A DNA stretch of 64,000 nucleotides from a virus. Lineage: Duplodnaviria > Caudoviricetes. Each line of letters starts with the position of its first letter. Within the stretch, counting starts at the first letter, position 1. The DNA is taken from IMG/VR virus record IMGVR_UViG_3300027974_001530. One strand, written 5' to 3'. Both the position numbers and the translations under genes were made by a program. A model generated the notes under the pieces. That model had not been told where the DNA came from, ran no database searches, and worked only from the letters and a program-made list of their open reading frames with translations. Shown one piece after another: positions 36,469 to 44,503 of this stretch.

Positions 36469-36541
36469 TGGACAGAGAGGGTGTCGAACCCCCGACTCCA
36501 GGATCTTCAATCCTGAGCTCTACCAACTGAGCTACCTGTCC
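36469..36541 (-). tRNA. tRNA-Phe(GAA)
   Basis: Cloverleaf; loop TTGAAGA. Confidence 0.95.
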
Positions 36542-36604
36542 TTCTTCAGGGAGGACTTGGTTGAGGTATCCTAATGGTTCTACCCTCAACTCTCGCCTCC
36601 CGTC

Positions 36605-37099
36605 TTATTTAACTTCAAACGCATGAAGTAATACACGTTTTTTCTTGGTTGAATCCTCGTGGTTACCAATTACCACACCATCTTTGATTGTGAAAGCGTG
36701 ACGACTAACTAACATAAAGAATGTCCCAATAGGGTTTTGTTTTGTAAATGTACCCACAGTCATTTTACGTTTAACTCTCTCACCCTTTACTTTAACATCG
36801 TACTCCAAAGTGTGTCTACGGTAATTGTTTAATTTACCAACACACTTAACTTTTTTGTAGTTTACTTGACTTCTATTTTCTGCAAGTTTAGTCATTTTAT
36901 CTACAGTACCATAAGTACCGTTACGATCTCTACGACCAAAATTTTCTCTAACGTATTTGTGAGCGTAATCGTAAGACACATCAAAACAAGATGCAAATGC
37001 TCTTACAACACAATCGTTGGTTTCATTTTTTGCGATTGCAGATTCTTCATAACCTTTAATGGCTTTTCCTGTATTACAATATGGTAGTGCGTCTTTCAT
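36605..37099 (-). CDS. Hypothetical phage protein (NDCVVRA motif)
   Basis: Cys and His motifs NDCVVRAF..SRHAFTIKDG; Bacteroidota-type promoter upstream. Confidence 0.8.
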   Translation of the reverse strand: MKDALPYCNTGKAIKGYEESAIAKNETNDCVVRAFASCFDVSYDYAHKYVRENFGRRDRNGTYGTVDKMTKLAENRSQVNYKKVKCVGKLNNYRRHTLEYDVKVKGERVKRKMTVGTFTKQNPIGTFFMLVSRHAFTIKDGVVIGNHEDSTKKKRVLLHAFEVK

Positions 37100-37145
37100 A
37101 CTGTAAAGATACGAAATTTTTTTTAACTGGCAAAATTAATTTTTG

Positions 37146-37217
37146 CACATGGTGTTAGAATCGAACTAACCCGTCGAGGTTTTGGAGACCTGACCGACAC
37201 CTTGTCTGTACCATGTG
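37146..37217 (-). tRNA. tRNA-Trp(CCA)
   Basis: Loop CTCCAAA; G73; irregular D-arm. Confidence 0.8.
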
Positions 37218-37224
37218 TGTTTTG

Positions 37225-37297
37225 TACCCCCACAGAGATTCAAACTCCGATCTTTCCCTTAGAAGGGGAACGTCCTGTTCAGTTGGACGATGGGGGC
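37225..37297 (-). tRNA. tRNA-Arg(TCT), second copy
   Basis: Cloverleaf; loop CTTCTAA; T-loop TTTGAAT. Confidence 0.9.
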
Positions 37298-37301
37298 AAA
37301 T

Positions 37302-37478
37302 AAAAGATGATAAATGACTTTATCAGGAATCTGGGGTTCGTATCACTACGACGCTTCACACACCATTAGAGAGTTGGGTTGTTACATCAATACAATTAAG
37401 ATTGAATACCTTTCCTTAGTGTGTACCCTTACGACACGTCTCTCCACGTCTGTCATTCTACGTTTCTTATCATCTTTT
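37302..37478 (-). ncRNA. Unassigned ~177-nt structured RNA
   Basis: Perfect 12-bp closing helix AAAAGATGATAA/TTATCATCTTTT, flush between two tRNAs; possible pseudoknot. Confidence 0.65.
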
Positions 37479-37479
37479 G

Positions 37480-37552
37480 TACCTTCGGCGAGACTCAAAC
37501 TCACATCTTGTGGTCCGTAGCCACAGGTTCTATTCTATTTAACTACGAAGGT
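37480..37552 (-). tRNA. tRNA-Arg(ACG)
   Basis: Cloverleaf; loop CTACGGA. Confidence 0.9.
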
Positions 37553-37687
37553 AATTAAAGAATTTTGGTCAACCACTCGCATCCCACCAATCTCTTGTAT
37601 CAAACTTTCTGTAGTCCAAACGATAACATCTCCTACTACTCATTCTCAACTCACTTGCCTAAGCCTTGTCCGTTGTAAATTCTTTTG

Positions 37688-37761
37688 GGTGAATGGTGGG
37701 TTTCGATCCCACTACTTTCGGCTTCACAAACCGACGCTCTCCCGATTGAGCTACAAACACC
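37688..37761 (-). tRNA. tRNA-His(GTG)
   Basis: G-1:C73; loop TTGTGAA; T-loop ATCGAAA. Confidence 0.88.
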
Positions 37762-37767
37762 ATATAG

Positions 37768-37835
37768 TCCCGTATGTTGGACTTGAACCAACCTCAAGTC
37801 GGATATGAGCCAACTTTGATCCCTGATCATACGGG
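37768..37835 (-). tRNA. Atypical tRNA-CAT with reduced D-arm (68 nt)
   Basis: CCCGTAT/ATACGGG acceptor; GTTGG-CTCATAT-CCGAC anticodon arm. Confidence 0.7.
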
Positions 37836-37849
37836 TTGTTGTTTTATAT

Positions 37850-37923
37850 CTATCCGGAAATTTTCCTAATAGATTATTCAATTGTAGATGTCTATCCGGA
37901 AAAAAAGTCATCCTATCCGGAAA
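37850..37923. repeat. Three direct repeats of CTATCCGGAAA
   Basis: Copies at 37850, 37892 and 37913. Confidence 0.8.
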
Positions 37924-37941
37924 ATTTCCGGATTTTAATCG

Positions 37942-38027
37942 AGGAAGACATTGGAATCGAACCAAATACCCTTACGGGTACATCTCGCTTAGCAGGCGGA
38001 CCCTATCTCCATCAAGGTTTATCTTCC
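37942..38027 (-). tRNA. tRNA-Ser(GCT)
   Basis: Class II; loop CTGCTAA. Confidence 0.88.
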
Positions 38028-38085
38028 ATAGAGTGTGGTACTCCTGCAGTAGTTGGGGCACCCACACAAGTTATTCCCCTTTTTG

Positions 38086-38158
38086 TGCTCACGATAGGTT
38101 ACGATCCTATTCTCTCCACGATATCAGCGTGGTGCTTTCCCGATTAAGCTACGTGAGC
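38086..38158 (-). tRNA. tRNA-Ile(GAT)
   Basis: Cloverleaf; T-loop ATCGTAA. Confidence 0.92.
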
Positions 38159-38165
38159 ATTGTTG

Positions 38166-38238
38166 CGGACAAGGTAGGGTACGATCCTACAACCCTCGTA
38201 TTAACAGTACGATGCTCTCCCAATTGAGCTACTTGTCC
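38166..38238 (-). tRNA. tRNA-Asn(GTT)
   Basis: Cloverleaf; G73; T-loop ATCGTAC. Confidence 0.93.
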
Positions 38239-38244
38239 ATTTTT

Positions 38245-38330
38245 TGGTGGGAGAGGAGGGACTCGAACCCCCAAGGTCTCACGACGACAGATTTACAGTC
38301 TGCTGAGCCAACCAATTGCTCAACTCTCCC
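38245..38330 (-). tRNA. tRNA-Tyr(GTA)
   Basis: Class II; CCA encoded. Confidence 0.95.
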
Positions 38331-38338
38331 AGTTCAGG

Positions 38339-38456
38339 AAAGGGGAAGATGGTTCCGTGGACATCCCCTTTTATGATTGGCGTTACTATGACAGTTAAAA
38401 CTCCGACATAACTACGAACTACTGACACGTTAACGTTATATCATTCCCCAATCAAC
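38339..38456 (-). ncRNA. Unassigned structured RNA between tRNA-Val and tRNA-Tyr
   Basis: TGATTGG/CCAATCA closes two hairpins; followed by an AAAGGGGA/TCCCCTTT hairpin. Confidence 0.5.
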
Positions 38457-38461
38457 CTTTG

Positions 38462-38535
38462 TACACCCTACAGGGATCGAACCTGTGACCTGTTGTATGT
38501 AAAACAACCGCTACTACCATCTGAGCTAAAGGTGC
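38462..38535 (-). tRNA. tRNA-Val(TAC)
   Basis: Cloverleaf; loop TTTACAT. Confidence 0.93.
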
Positions 38536-38537
38536 GT

Positions 38538-38753
38538 TTATGATGTTATCATTTTAATACTTTCAATTGTGGTAGAGTACATTCCTTGTTCAATATAAGG
38601 TTTACTATCTTTTAATAGTTTCAAAACAATTTCTGTTGCCTCGTTTTCGGATTTACCTTGTTTAACCAATCTTACGATTGCTCTCTCACATTCTTCCCCA
38701 ACCTTAACCATTCCGTTTGGCAGTCCTTTTTTAATTTTCTCTACTTTATTCAT
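38538..38753 (-). CDS. Hypothetical protein (71 aa)
   Basis: ORF four nt after a TTTG-N19-TAACTTTG promoter. Confidence 0.65.
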   Translation of the reverse strand: MNKVEKIKKGLPNGMVKVGEECERAIVRLVKQGKSENEATEIVLKLLKDSKPYIEQGMYSTTIESIKMITS

Positions 38754-38796
38754 AGTACAAAGTTAATGGTTTTTTTTAATCTACCAAATTTTTTTG

Positions 38797-38872
38797 TGTC
38801 CCCGACAGGGTTCGAACCTGTGACCCCTCCATTAAAAGTGGAGTGCTCTGAAACCAACTGAGCTACGAAGAC
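38797..38872 (-). tRNA. tRNA-Lys(TTT)
   Basis: Cloverleaf; loop CTTTTAA. Confidence 0.95.
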
Positions 38873-38877
38873 ATTAG

Positions 38878-38953
38878 TCGGGATACCAGGACTCAAACCT
38901 GGATGATGTCCACTTCCCAAAAGTGGCGACTTAGTCAATTAGTCCACATCCCG
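38878..38953 (-). tRNA. tRNA-Pro(TGG)
   Basis: Cloverleaf; loop TTTGGGA. Confidence 0.92.
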
Positions 38954-38959
38954 TTATAG

Positions 38960-39043
38960 AGGAAGAAGTAGGTGTCGATCCCAATACCTTTCGGTACCGC
39001 CCGTTTTCAAGACGGGGTCACAAGCCGTTGTGATTCATCTTCC
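38960..39043 (-). tRNA. tRNA-Ser(TGA)
   Basis: Class II; loop CTTGAAA; T-loop ATCGACA. Confidence 0.88.
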
Positions 39044-39049
39044 TTATTG

Positions 39050-39121
39050 TTGTTCCCCAAGGGTTCGAACCTCGATTCCATGGACCAAAACCATGTGTCC
39101 TGCCGATTAGACGAGGGAACA
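39050..39121 (-). tRNA. tRNA-Gln(TTG)
   Basis: Cloverleaf; loop TTTTGGT. Confidence 0.92.
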
Positions 39122-39158
39122 TTAATGAATCCAATATGTCAAAGAACTTTTTCTTTTG

Positions 39159-39231
39159 AGGTTCCTATCAGGGTCGAACTGATGACTCCGGGTTACAAAG
39201 CCGGGATATTACCAAACTATACTAAGGAACC
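39159..39231 (-). tRNA. tRNA-Thr(TGT)
   Basis: Cloverleaf; loop TTTGTAA; 31:39 mismatch. Confidence 0.88.
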
Positions 39232-39244
39232 AAATTTTTGGGTA

Positions 39245-39276
39245 TAAAAAAACCCTAACTGTTTTGAGTTAGGGTC
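39245..39276 (-). terminator. Intrinsic terminator (possible attenuator) just upstream of the tRNA array
   Basis: GACCCTAAC-TCAAAACA-GTTAGGGTT followed by a T-tract. Confidence 0.85.
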
Positions 39277-39307
39277 TTATATTTCTTATATGTTTAGTTA
39301 ATCTTTA

Positions 39308-39418
39308 TCAACTCATAAATAAAAATGCCCTATTATGCGACTTAAGCGTACGATACACGTTAAACGACCACTGAATGCTCGGGTTACAAATGTTCATATG
39401 TCTATTAGTTGTTTTCAT
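39308..39418 (-). CDS. Putative leader peptide (36 aa)
   Basis: MKTTNRHMNICNPSIQWSFNVYRTLKSHNRAFLFMS; stop ~30 nt before terminator; promoters directly upstream. Confidence 0.6.
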   Translation of the reverse strand: MKTTNRHMNICNPSIQWSFNVYRTLKSHNRAFLFMS

Positions 39419-39600
39419 CTTGTTATAAATATATTGTTTTTTCTAAAAATTTTAATTCTTGTACAAATATATGTGATTTTTTTTAATTGACAATCGTTTT
39501 TTCAATATTTTCCTGTTCTTCATCCAATCTACGTAAGAACACGTAGTAATCTTCCGATTCTATAAATTCGTTATGAATTAATTCTAAAATTTCTTCCATA

Positions 39601-39789
39601 TTATATTTTTTTTACTTCGTATATGTGACCTGAATCAGAATTAGTTTGGAAGATCTCTTTCATTTTTTCAGCCTCTTCGATGGTGTTAAATTCCCACACT
39701 TCAGTTTCGGTATTTAATAATATTACAGGAAGTCTTTTACCTGAAATTCCTTTATTATTTGTTTTTACGTGTTTAATTATAATGAACAT
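39601..39789 (-). CDS. Hypothetical protein
   Basis: ORF track. Confidence 0.65.
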   Translation of the reverse strand: MFIIIKHVKTNNKGISGKRLPVILLNTETEVWEFNTIEEAEKMKEIFQTNSDSGHIYEVKKI

Positions 39790-39833
39790 AAGTTTTTTAT
39801 TTAAAAATACTTAATACTTAAAACAATATCAAG

Positions 39834-41534
39834 TTAAAATCTTAATTTTGGTAGATCAAGTCTTCTATTTGGTTTTGGCGGATTAAACTCATCATTAATT
39901 TGTCTCTTTGTTTTTTGTTTTATTTGTTCAACATTTTTTCTTTGTTCTGTTACTATATTAACTTCAGTTACTTTTTCTTTGTTTTTAAGAATATTAAATA
40001 AAGGATTGTCCGAAACTACTTTTTGTTTTTTACGAATAAAAACTTCTTCTATTATTTTTGGTTCTTTGTTAAAAATAGAAACCAAACATTTTTCATTATT
40101 TGTTTCAACTATTTCAGGGTAAACAAACGTTTCTAAAATCCCATCATGGTCAATAATTTTAAAATCCCTTATGTTTAATTTTTTAGGATTGCCGTCACCT
40201 TTTTTAGATTTTGATATTTGTTGATATTGGAATCTTTTTGGTGATCTTAGTCCGGTGTCAGTACGACTTGTTAAACCATTATCATGAATTCTTCTTTTAA
40301 ATAAAGTTACAGGTGTATGTAGTATTTTACATTTTCTCTTATATAATCTACCCATAAAATCAGAATCAGCAGCACACATCCAAGGTTCAAAACCATTCAT
40401 ATTTAAGAATAATTCCTTAGTTATTGCAAACACACCCTCACCAAAAAGTGACTTATTTGACGGTGTAATACCAACACCAAAATCTTTATATTTTGGCTTT
40501 ATACAATCATATTTATCAATATTATTAATAATTGTTGACACTAATTCTTTTTCTGATATATCATCAGAATCAAAAAATAATAAATTTTTAGAATTACATA
40601 TACTTGTTAAAGTGTTCTTAATTGAGTAAGGACCTTCATTTTCATTGAAATAAAAAAATGTTACGTTTTTTGGGAACTTTTTTCCTTTAATAAAATCCAT
40701 AGTTTCTTTACACCCGTCAACCCCAATTAAAATCTCCACATTATAATTTTCTGTGGATTTGACCAAAGAATTTATACATTCGTCAAGGTAATTTGTATTC
40801 TTATATGTTGGTACAATTATAGATAAATCAAAATTATGTTTAGTCACTAATTTAGTTTTTAATCTTTCAGTATAATTCATTTTAGATTCATGATCCCCAT
40901 GAATTACCATAGATTTTTTGGTGTGGTATAGGAAAAACTTTTTTTTGTTTAATCTATCAGTTATTTGATGACCAACACCAGAACTTAGATTTGGGTTTTT
41001 AGACCACCTAGATAGTGGTATATCATATATTTTATAATCCAAGGACTCAAAAAACTTTTTTTCACAAATAAAACATAGGTCATTCCATTGCGTTTGATAA
41101 AAATCCCCATAATCCACCCCTTTAGGGTAACCCCAATTATCTCTAAGAACTCTATCGTCTGTTAATATGTTTAAACATATTTTTTTTCTTGAGTCAATTT
41201 TTATGTACATCTCTTTAGTTTCTTCAAAAAAATTATCAACTAATTTAATGTCGTCAGGTAAATAAATAAAATATTTAGAATGAATATTTTTTACAAATTC
41301 AAAAGTTTTATTAATAACATTATAATACTTTTTTTTACCCATGTTTGGGTAAATATCTATTTTTTTTACGTCATACCTACTAAGGTCATATTCAACGTCG
41401 CTACCATCATTAAAAACCGCAACCAAAACATTATAATCTTTTTTTTGGTTATTTATATCATCTAATAACCTTTTTAAAAAATCAGGTCTATTATATGTGG
41501 TAATTAAAATACAAAAATCATAAATTTTATCCAT
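39834..41534 (-). CDS. Glycosyltransferase with two GT2 (GT-A) domains
   Basis: ILITTYNR..NDGS..PDD; IIVPTYK..VDG..FFDSDD. Confidence 0.88.
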   Translation of the reverse strand: MDKIYDFCILITTYNRPDFLKRLLDDINNQKKDYNVLVAVFNDGSDVEYDLSRYDVKKIDIYPNMGKKKYYNVINKTFEFVKNIHSKYFIYLPDDIKLVDNFFEETKEMYIKIDSRKKICLNILTDDRVLRDNWGYPKGVDYGDFYQTQWNDLCFICEKKFFESLDYKIYDIPLSRWSKNPNLSSGVGHQITDRLNKKKFFLYHTKKSMVIHGDHESKMNYTERLKTKLVTKHNFDLSIIVPTYKNTNYLDECINSLVKSTENYNVEILIGVDGCKETMDFIKGKKFPKNVTFFYFNENEGPYSIKNTLTSICNSKNLLFFDSDDISEKELVSTIINNIDKYDCIKPKYKDFGVGITPSNKSLFGEGVFAITKELFLNMNGFEPWMCAADSDFMGRLYKRKCKILHTPVTLFKRRIHDNGLTSRTDTGLRSPKRFQYQQISKSKKGDGNPKKLNIRDFKIIDHDGILETFVYPEIVETNNEKCLVSIFNKEPKIIEEVFIRKKQKVVSDNPLFNILKNKEKVTEVNIVTEQRKNVEQIKQKTKRQINDEFNPPKPNRRLDLPKLRF

Positions 41535-41535
41535 A

Positions 41536-42156
41536 TTAAATATTTAAAATACTTTTACATTTATTCAAGAAAAAACTGTCTTTTTTTCTGAATCTAGATT
41601 CAAAAGAATGATAAGTGTTATTCTCATAGTTTGTCCCATACCCAAACCAAATATTGTCTTTTAATTTAACAGTTGGAACTTCTACGCTTGTTGGGTATAA
41701 TAATTTAATCTTTACGTCTTTTTCTATTGCGTTATGGGTTATTTCTGCACCACAATCTGATCTATTATTTGTTGTAAAACTTGGTTTACCTAATCTTTCA
41801 TATGTCTTCATAGTAAAAACCATAAAAGAAGGTGCAACATAAATAAAAGTATTATGAGGTTTCATTAATTTAGGGGCTAACTGAGAGTTACCAAATACAC
41901 CATCATTTTTTATCACCCATTCAACCGCATGTCCTATTATTTTTTTGTTTAATGGAATACAATCAATATCAAATAGAACAATAACTTCATTTGGGTCTTC
42001 AATTGTTGTTAAATAATCGTCAATTGAATTACCATGACTAACCCAATTTGATACGTTTATCTGATTTATATCATATTTAAAATGATTAAATACTTTTTTT
42101 TGATAATCAACAACTATTGGGTTTATTTTTTCATTATAAAATGTTATTATCCTCAT
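41536..42156 (-). CDS. Putative GT-A fold glycosyltransferase
   Basis: VLFDIDCIPL DxD motif; position in GT cluster. Confidence 0.6.
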   Translation of the reverse strand: MRIITFYNEKINPIVVDYQKKVFNHFKYDINQINVSNWVSHGNSIDDYLTTIEDPNEVIVLFDIDCIPLNKKIIGHAVEWVIKNDGVFGNSQLAPKLMKPHNTFIYVAPSFMVFTMKTYERLGKPSFTTNNRSDCGAEITHNAIEKDVKIKLLYPTSVEVPTVKLKDNIWFGYGTNYENNTYHSFESRFRKKDSFFLNKCKSILNI

Positions 42157-42159
42157 ATT

Positions 42160-42903
42160 TTATAAGTAGTTATTAATGTCCTTTATCCAATTTTGTTTTT
42201 GAGAATAAATTGTTTTTTTACCTGGGTTTTGGTTTTTAATAAAAGGGGTGTCCTTCCAAAGAATTAAAATATCCTTATTCATTGCACCAGCACAATGAGC
42301 TAATCCTGTATCATTTGATATTATCTTTTTTGCATCCCTAACTAACGATAAAGATCTTCTAATATCTCCAATCTCAATTCGGTCACATATTTTTTCCATC
42401 CAAGGATTTTGTTTCATATCGGATTCAGATCCGGTAAACACCAAAGGTAATTTACTTTTTTCTTTAATTTGATAAAAAATAATTTCGGATATTTCCTTTT
42501 TTCCAAACCAATGTGGTTTTGGGTCTTTATCATTCATAGATAACCCACCTAAACCATTAAGTAAAAGTATATAATCTTCATTATTTTTAGGTATTTCACT
42601 AACATTATCAACATACGTGTGATACTTTTCTGTCCAAGGTTGATTGATAACATTTTCAAAAACGTATTTATAGTCTGGCGTATTTCTGTTAACCATACTA
42701 CTTGATATTGTTGGTTCTCTTCTTAATTTACCTACGTGATTCATAAATTCACAATCGATGAAACATTCCTTAACATAAGGAGTTGTAAAATAAACGTCTA
42801 TTTTTTCTCCACGTATTTCCGATAATTTTTTTATTGTTGGCGTTAACATTATAAAATTACCTAAAGCGTAGGATTTATTCTGTTCTATTAATGGTCTTTT
42901 CAT
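42160..42903 (-). CDS. GT9 (heptosyltransferase-like) glycosyltransferase
   Basis: LGNFIMLTP..IKKL and ISNDTGLAHCAGA. Confidence 0.8.
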   Translation of the reverse strand: MKRPLIEQNKSYALGNFIMLTPTIKKLSEIRGEKIDVYFTTPYVKECFIDCEFMNHVGKLRREPTISSSMVNRNTPDYKYVFENVINQPWTEKYHTYVDNVSEIPKNNEDYILLLNGLGGLSMNDKDPKPHWFGKKEISEIIFYQIKEKSKLPLVFTGSESDMKQNPWMEKICDRIEIGDIRRSLSLVRDAKKIISNDTGLAHCAGAMNKDILILWKDTPFIKNQNPGKKTIYSQKQNWIKDINNYL

Positions 42904-42949
42904 ATTAAAAATTTATATAATTTTTTACATAAATACAGTGTTAAAAACA

Positions 42950-43056
42950 AAATGGGAACCTAAGTTCCCAAATTGCTAGATAATGAACACCTCCCCTTTC
43001 TTTGATGGTTTATCCTTACCAATCAACTACGATCGATAAGTGTTTTCAGTATCACC
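42950..43056 (-). other. Structured 3' element plus terminator after the large-protein operon
   Basis: GATA/TATC, TGAA/TTCA and TTGATTGGT/ACCATCAA stems, then GGGAAC-TTAG-GTTCCC. Confidence 0.4.
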
Positions 43057-44482
43057 TATAACTTTTATTTTTAGTACAAACTCCACTATTAAGTCTAACC
43101 GCAAAGTCTCCCATGGTAGCACTTGGTAATTGATTTAAAAAACTAATTAATTCTTTTCTACCTTTTCTCATTTCTTTATCGAACATGTTTTTAGTACCTA
43201 ATTTACCTAAATCTTCGTATTGTTTATCACACCAACATTTTTGTATTTCGGTCTTTACATTAACCAATAAAGTTGGTGAGTAAACTCCATCCTCTTGGTA
43301 TGTTTCTCTATAAACACCTAGAATATTTTTACAATTGTCAAAATTTCTATTTTTACTTACCTCGTTATAAAAACTTGTTATTTCCGAAACTGACTCTTTA
43401 TTATTTGTTTTTAAAGGCTGAGTATCAGTATACGTATAAACCATCATCATAAGATTAAGTCTACCTGATTTATATACAGACCTTAATTGTCCTCTAAACA
43501 CAAAATCTCTAATTTGTTTTTCCGTTGGTGATGTTAATGGGTCATAACCGTAAGCCGTTTTACTTTCATTTGCGGATGTTTTTATTTCATTGATTAATGT
43601 GTCAATACTTCCAAAAACATCGGTCCCTGTAGGATCTACCTTTTTTTGGAAAAAATCTTTGTATTTTTCTACGTTATACGATATTTTTAATGTCTCCATC
43701 ATTTCCACAAATGAACCAAAATCAGAAGAACTAACTTTTTGATTTATTAGTTCCACAATTTGTTTAGTTACTTGTGTTAACATTTTTAAAGACAGGAAAT
43801 TTGGAACATACTCCGATGGAGATAGGGTGTTTACGTTAATCCAACCTGTCGGGTCGTAAAAACTATTTAATATAGTTCTATATTGTTCCATAGAATTAAC
43901 AAGTTGTTGAGCATCAGGATCAACCTCTTGTTTTTTTGCCACGCAATTTTTTGTTGTCTCATCATAGTTCATTCCTTGAGACTCACATTCTTTCTTTTTT
44001 GCTTCAGGATCCACAACAGGGTTTTGGTTACCCTTTTTCCACTCTTCAAATTTTAATTTTAATTCTTTCCATGCCGCCTTTAATCCAGGACCACATGGTT
44101 TTGTTAATGATTGTTGATAAGTACAAGTTTTAGCGACTCCACTACCATTAACACCACAAGCTTTTGATTTATGAGCTATTGTATCAGGATTTCCTGACCC
44201 GTCAACCCATCCTTGACTAATCCAAATATATTTTATAAATTCAGGTTTTTCTGTTTCACTAGGACATTCGTTTGATACGACAGGAGGAGTTACAACAACA
44301 GGAGTCGATCCCTTTTTTTTACATTTAAAATAATTACTTCTAGTATCCTTCCAGTAATTATAATTAGCAGAATCGGACATATTCGCATATTCTGTTTGGG
44401 TTATAGTAACCTTTGTTCCGGCTTGACAATCAGTGGTCTCATTAAATTCAAGTAATAAATTAAGTAATTTAAAATTTTTCAT
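43052..44482 (-). CDS. Large hypothetical protein, probably virion-associated
   Basis: 476 aa; N-terminus ends in LLLE; several Cys. Confidence 0.85.
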   Translation of the reverse strand: MKNFKLLNLLLEFNETTDCQAGTKVTITQTEYANMSDSANYNYWKDTRSNYFKCKKKGSTPVVVTPPVVSNECPSETEKPEFIKYIWISQGWVDGSGNPDTIAHKSKACGVNGSGVAKTCTYQQSLTKPCGPGLKAAWKELKLKFEEWKKGNQNPVVDPEAKKKECESQGMNYDETTKNCVAKKQEVDPDAQQLVNSMEQYRTILNSFYDPTGWINVNTLSPSEYVPNFLSLKMLTQVTKQIVELINQKVSSSDFGSFVEMMETLKISYNVEKYKDFFQKKVDPTGTDVFGSIDTLINEIKTSANESKTAYGYDPLTSPTEKQIRDFVFRGQLRSVYKSGRLNLMMMVYTYTDTQPLKTNNKESVSEITSFYNEVSKNRNFDNCKNILGVYRETYQEDGVYSPTLLVNVKTEIQKCWCDKQYEDLGKLGTKNMFDKEMRKGRKELISFLNQLPSATMGDFAVRLNSGVCTKNKSYR

Positions 44483-44503
44483 ATATTTTTTTATAATTTA
44501 ATG

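Noticed and set aside
37560-37686. AAAGAATTT/AAATTCTTT-closed spacer and 24-aa ORF
   Set aside because: AT-only helix and short ORF are expected by chance in this genome
31898-39231. Stop-codon recoding or suppressor tRNAs
   Set aside because: Long genes are intact in the standard code; no CTA, TTA or TCA anticodon found
37651-39247. Track ORFs across the tRNA array (37651..37965, 37836..38147, 38033..38227, 38658..38861, 38750..38938, 38972..39247)
   Set aside because: They run through tRNA genes on either strand; open frames arise from higher GC
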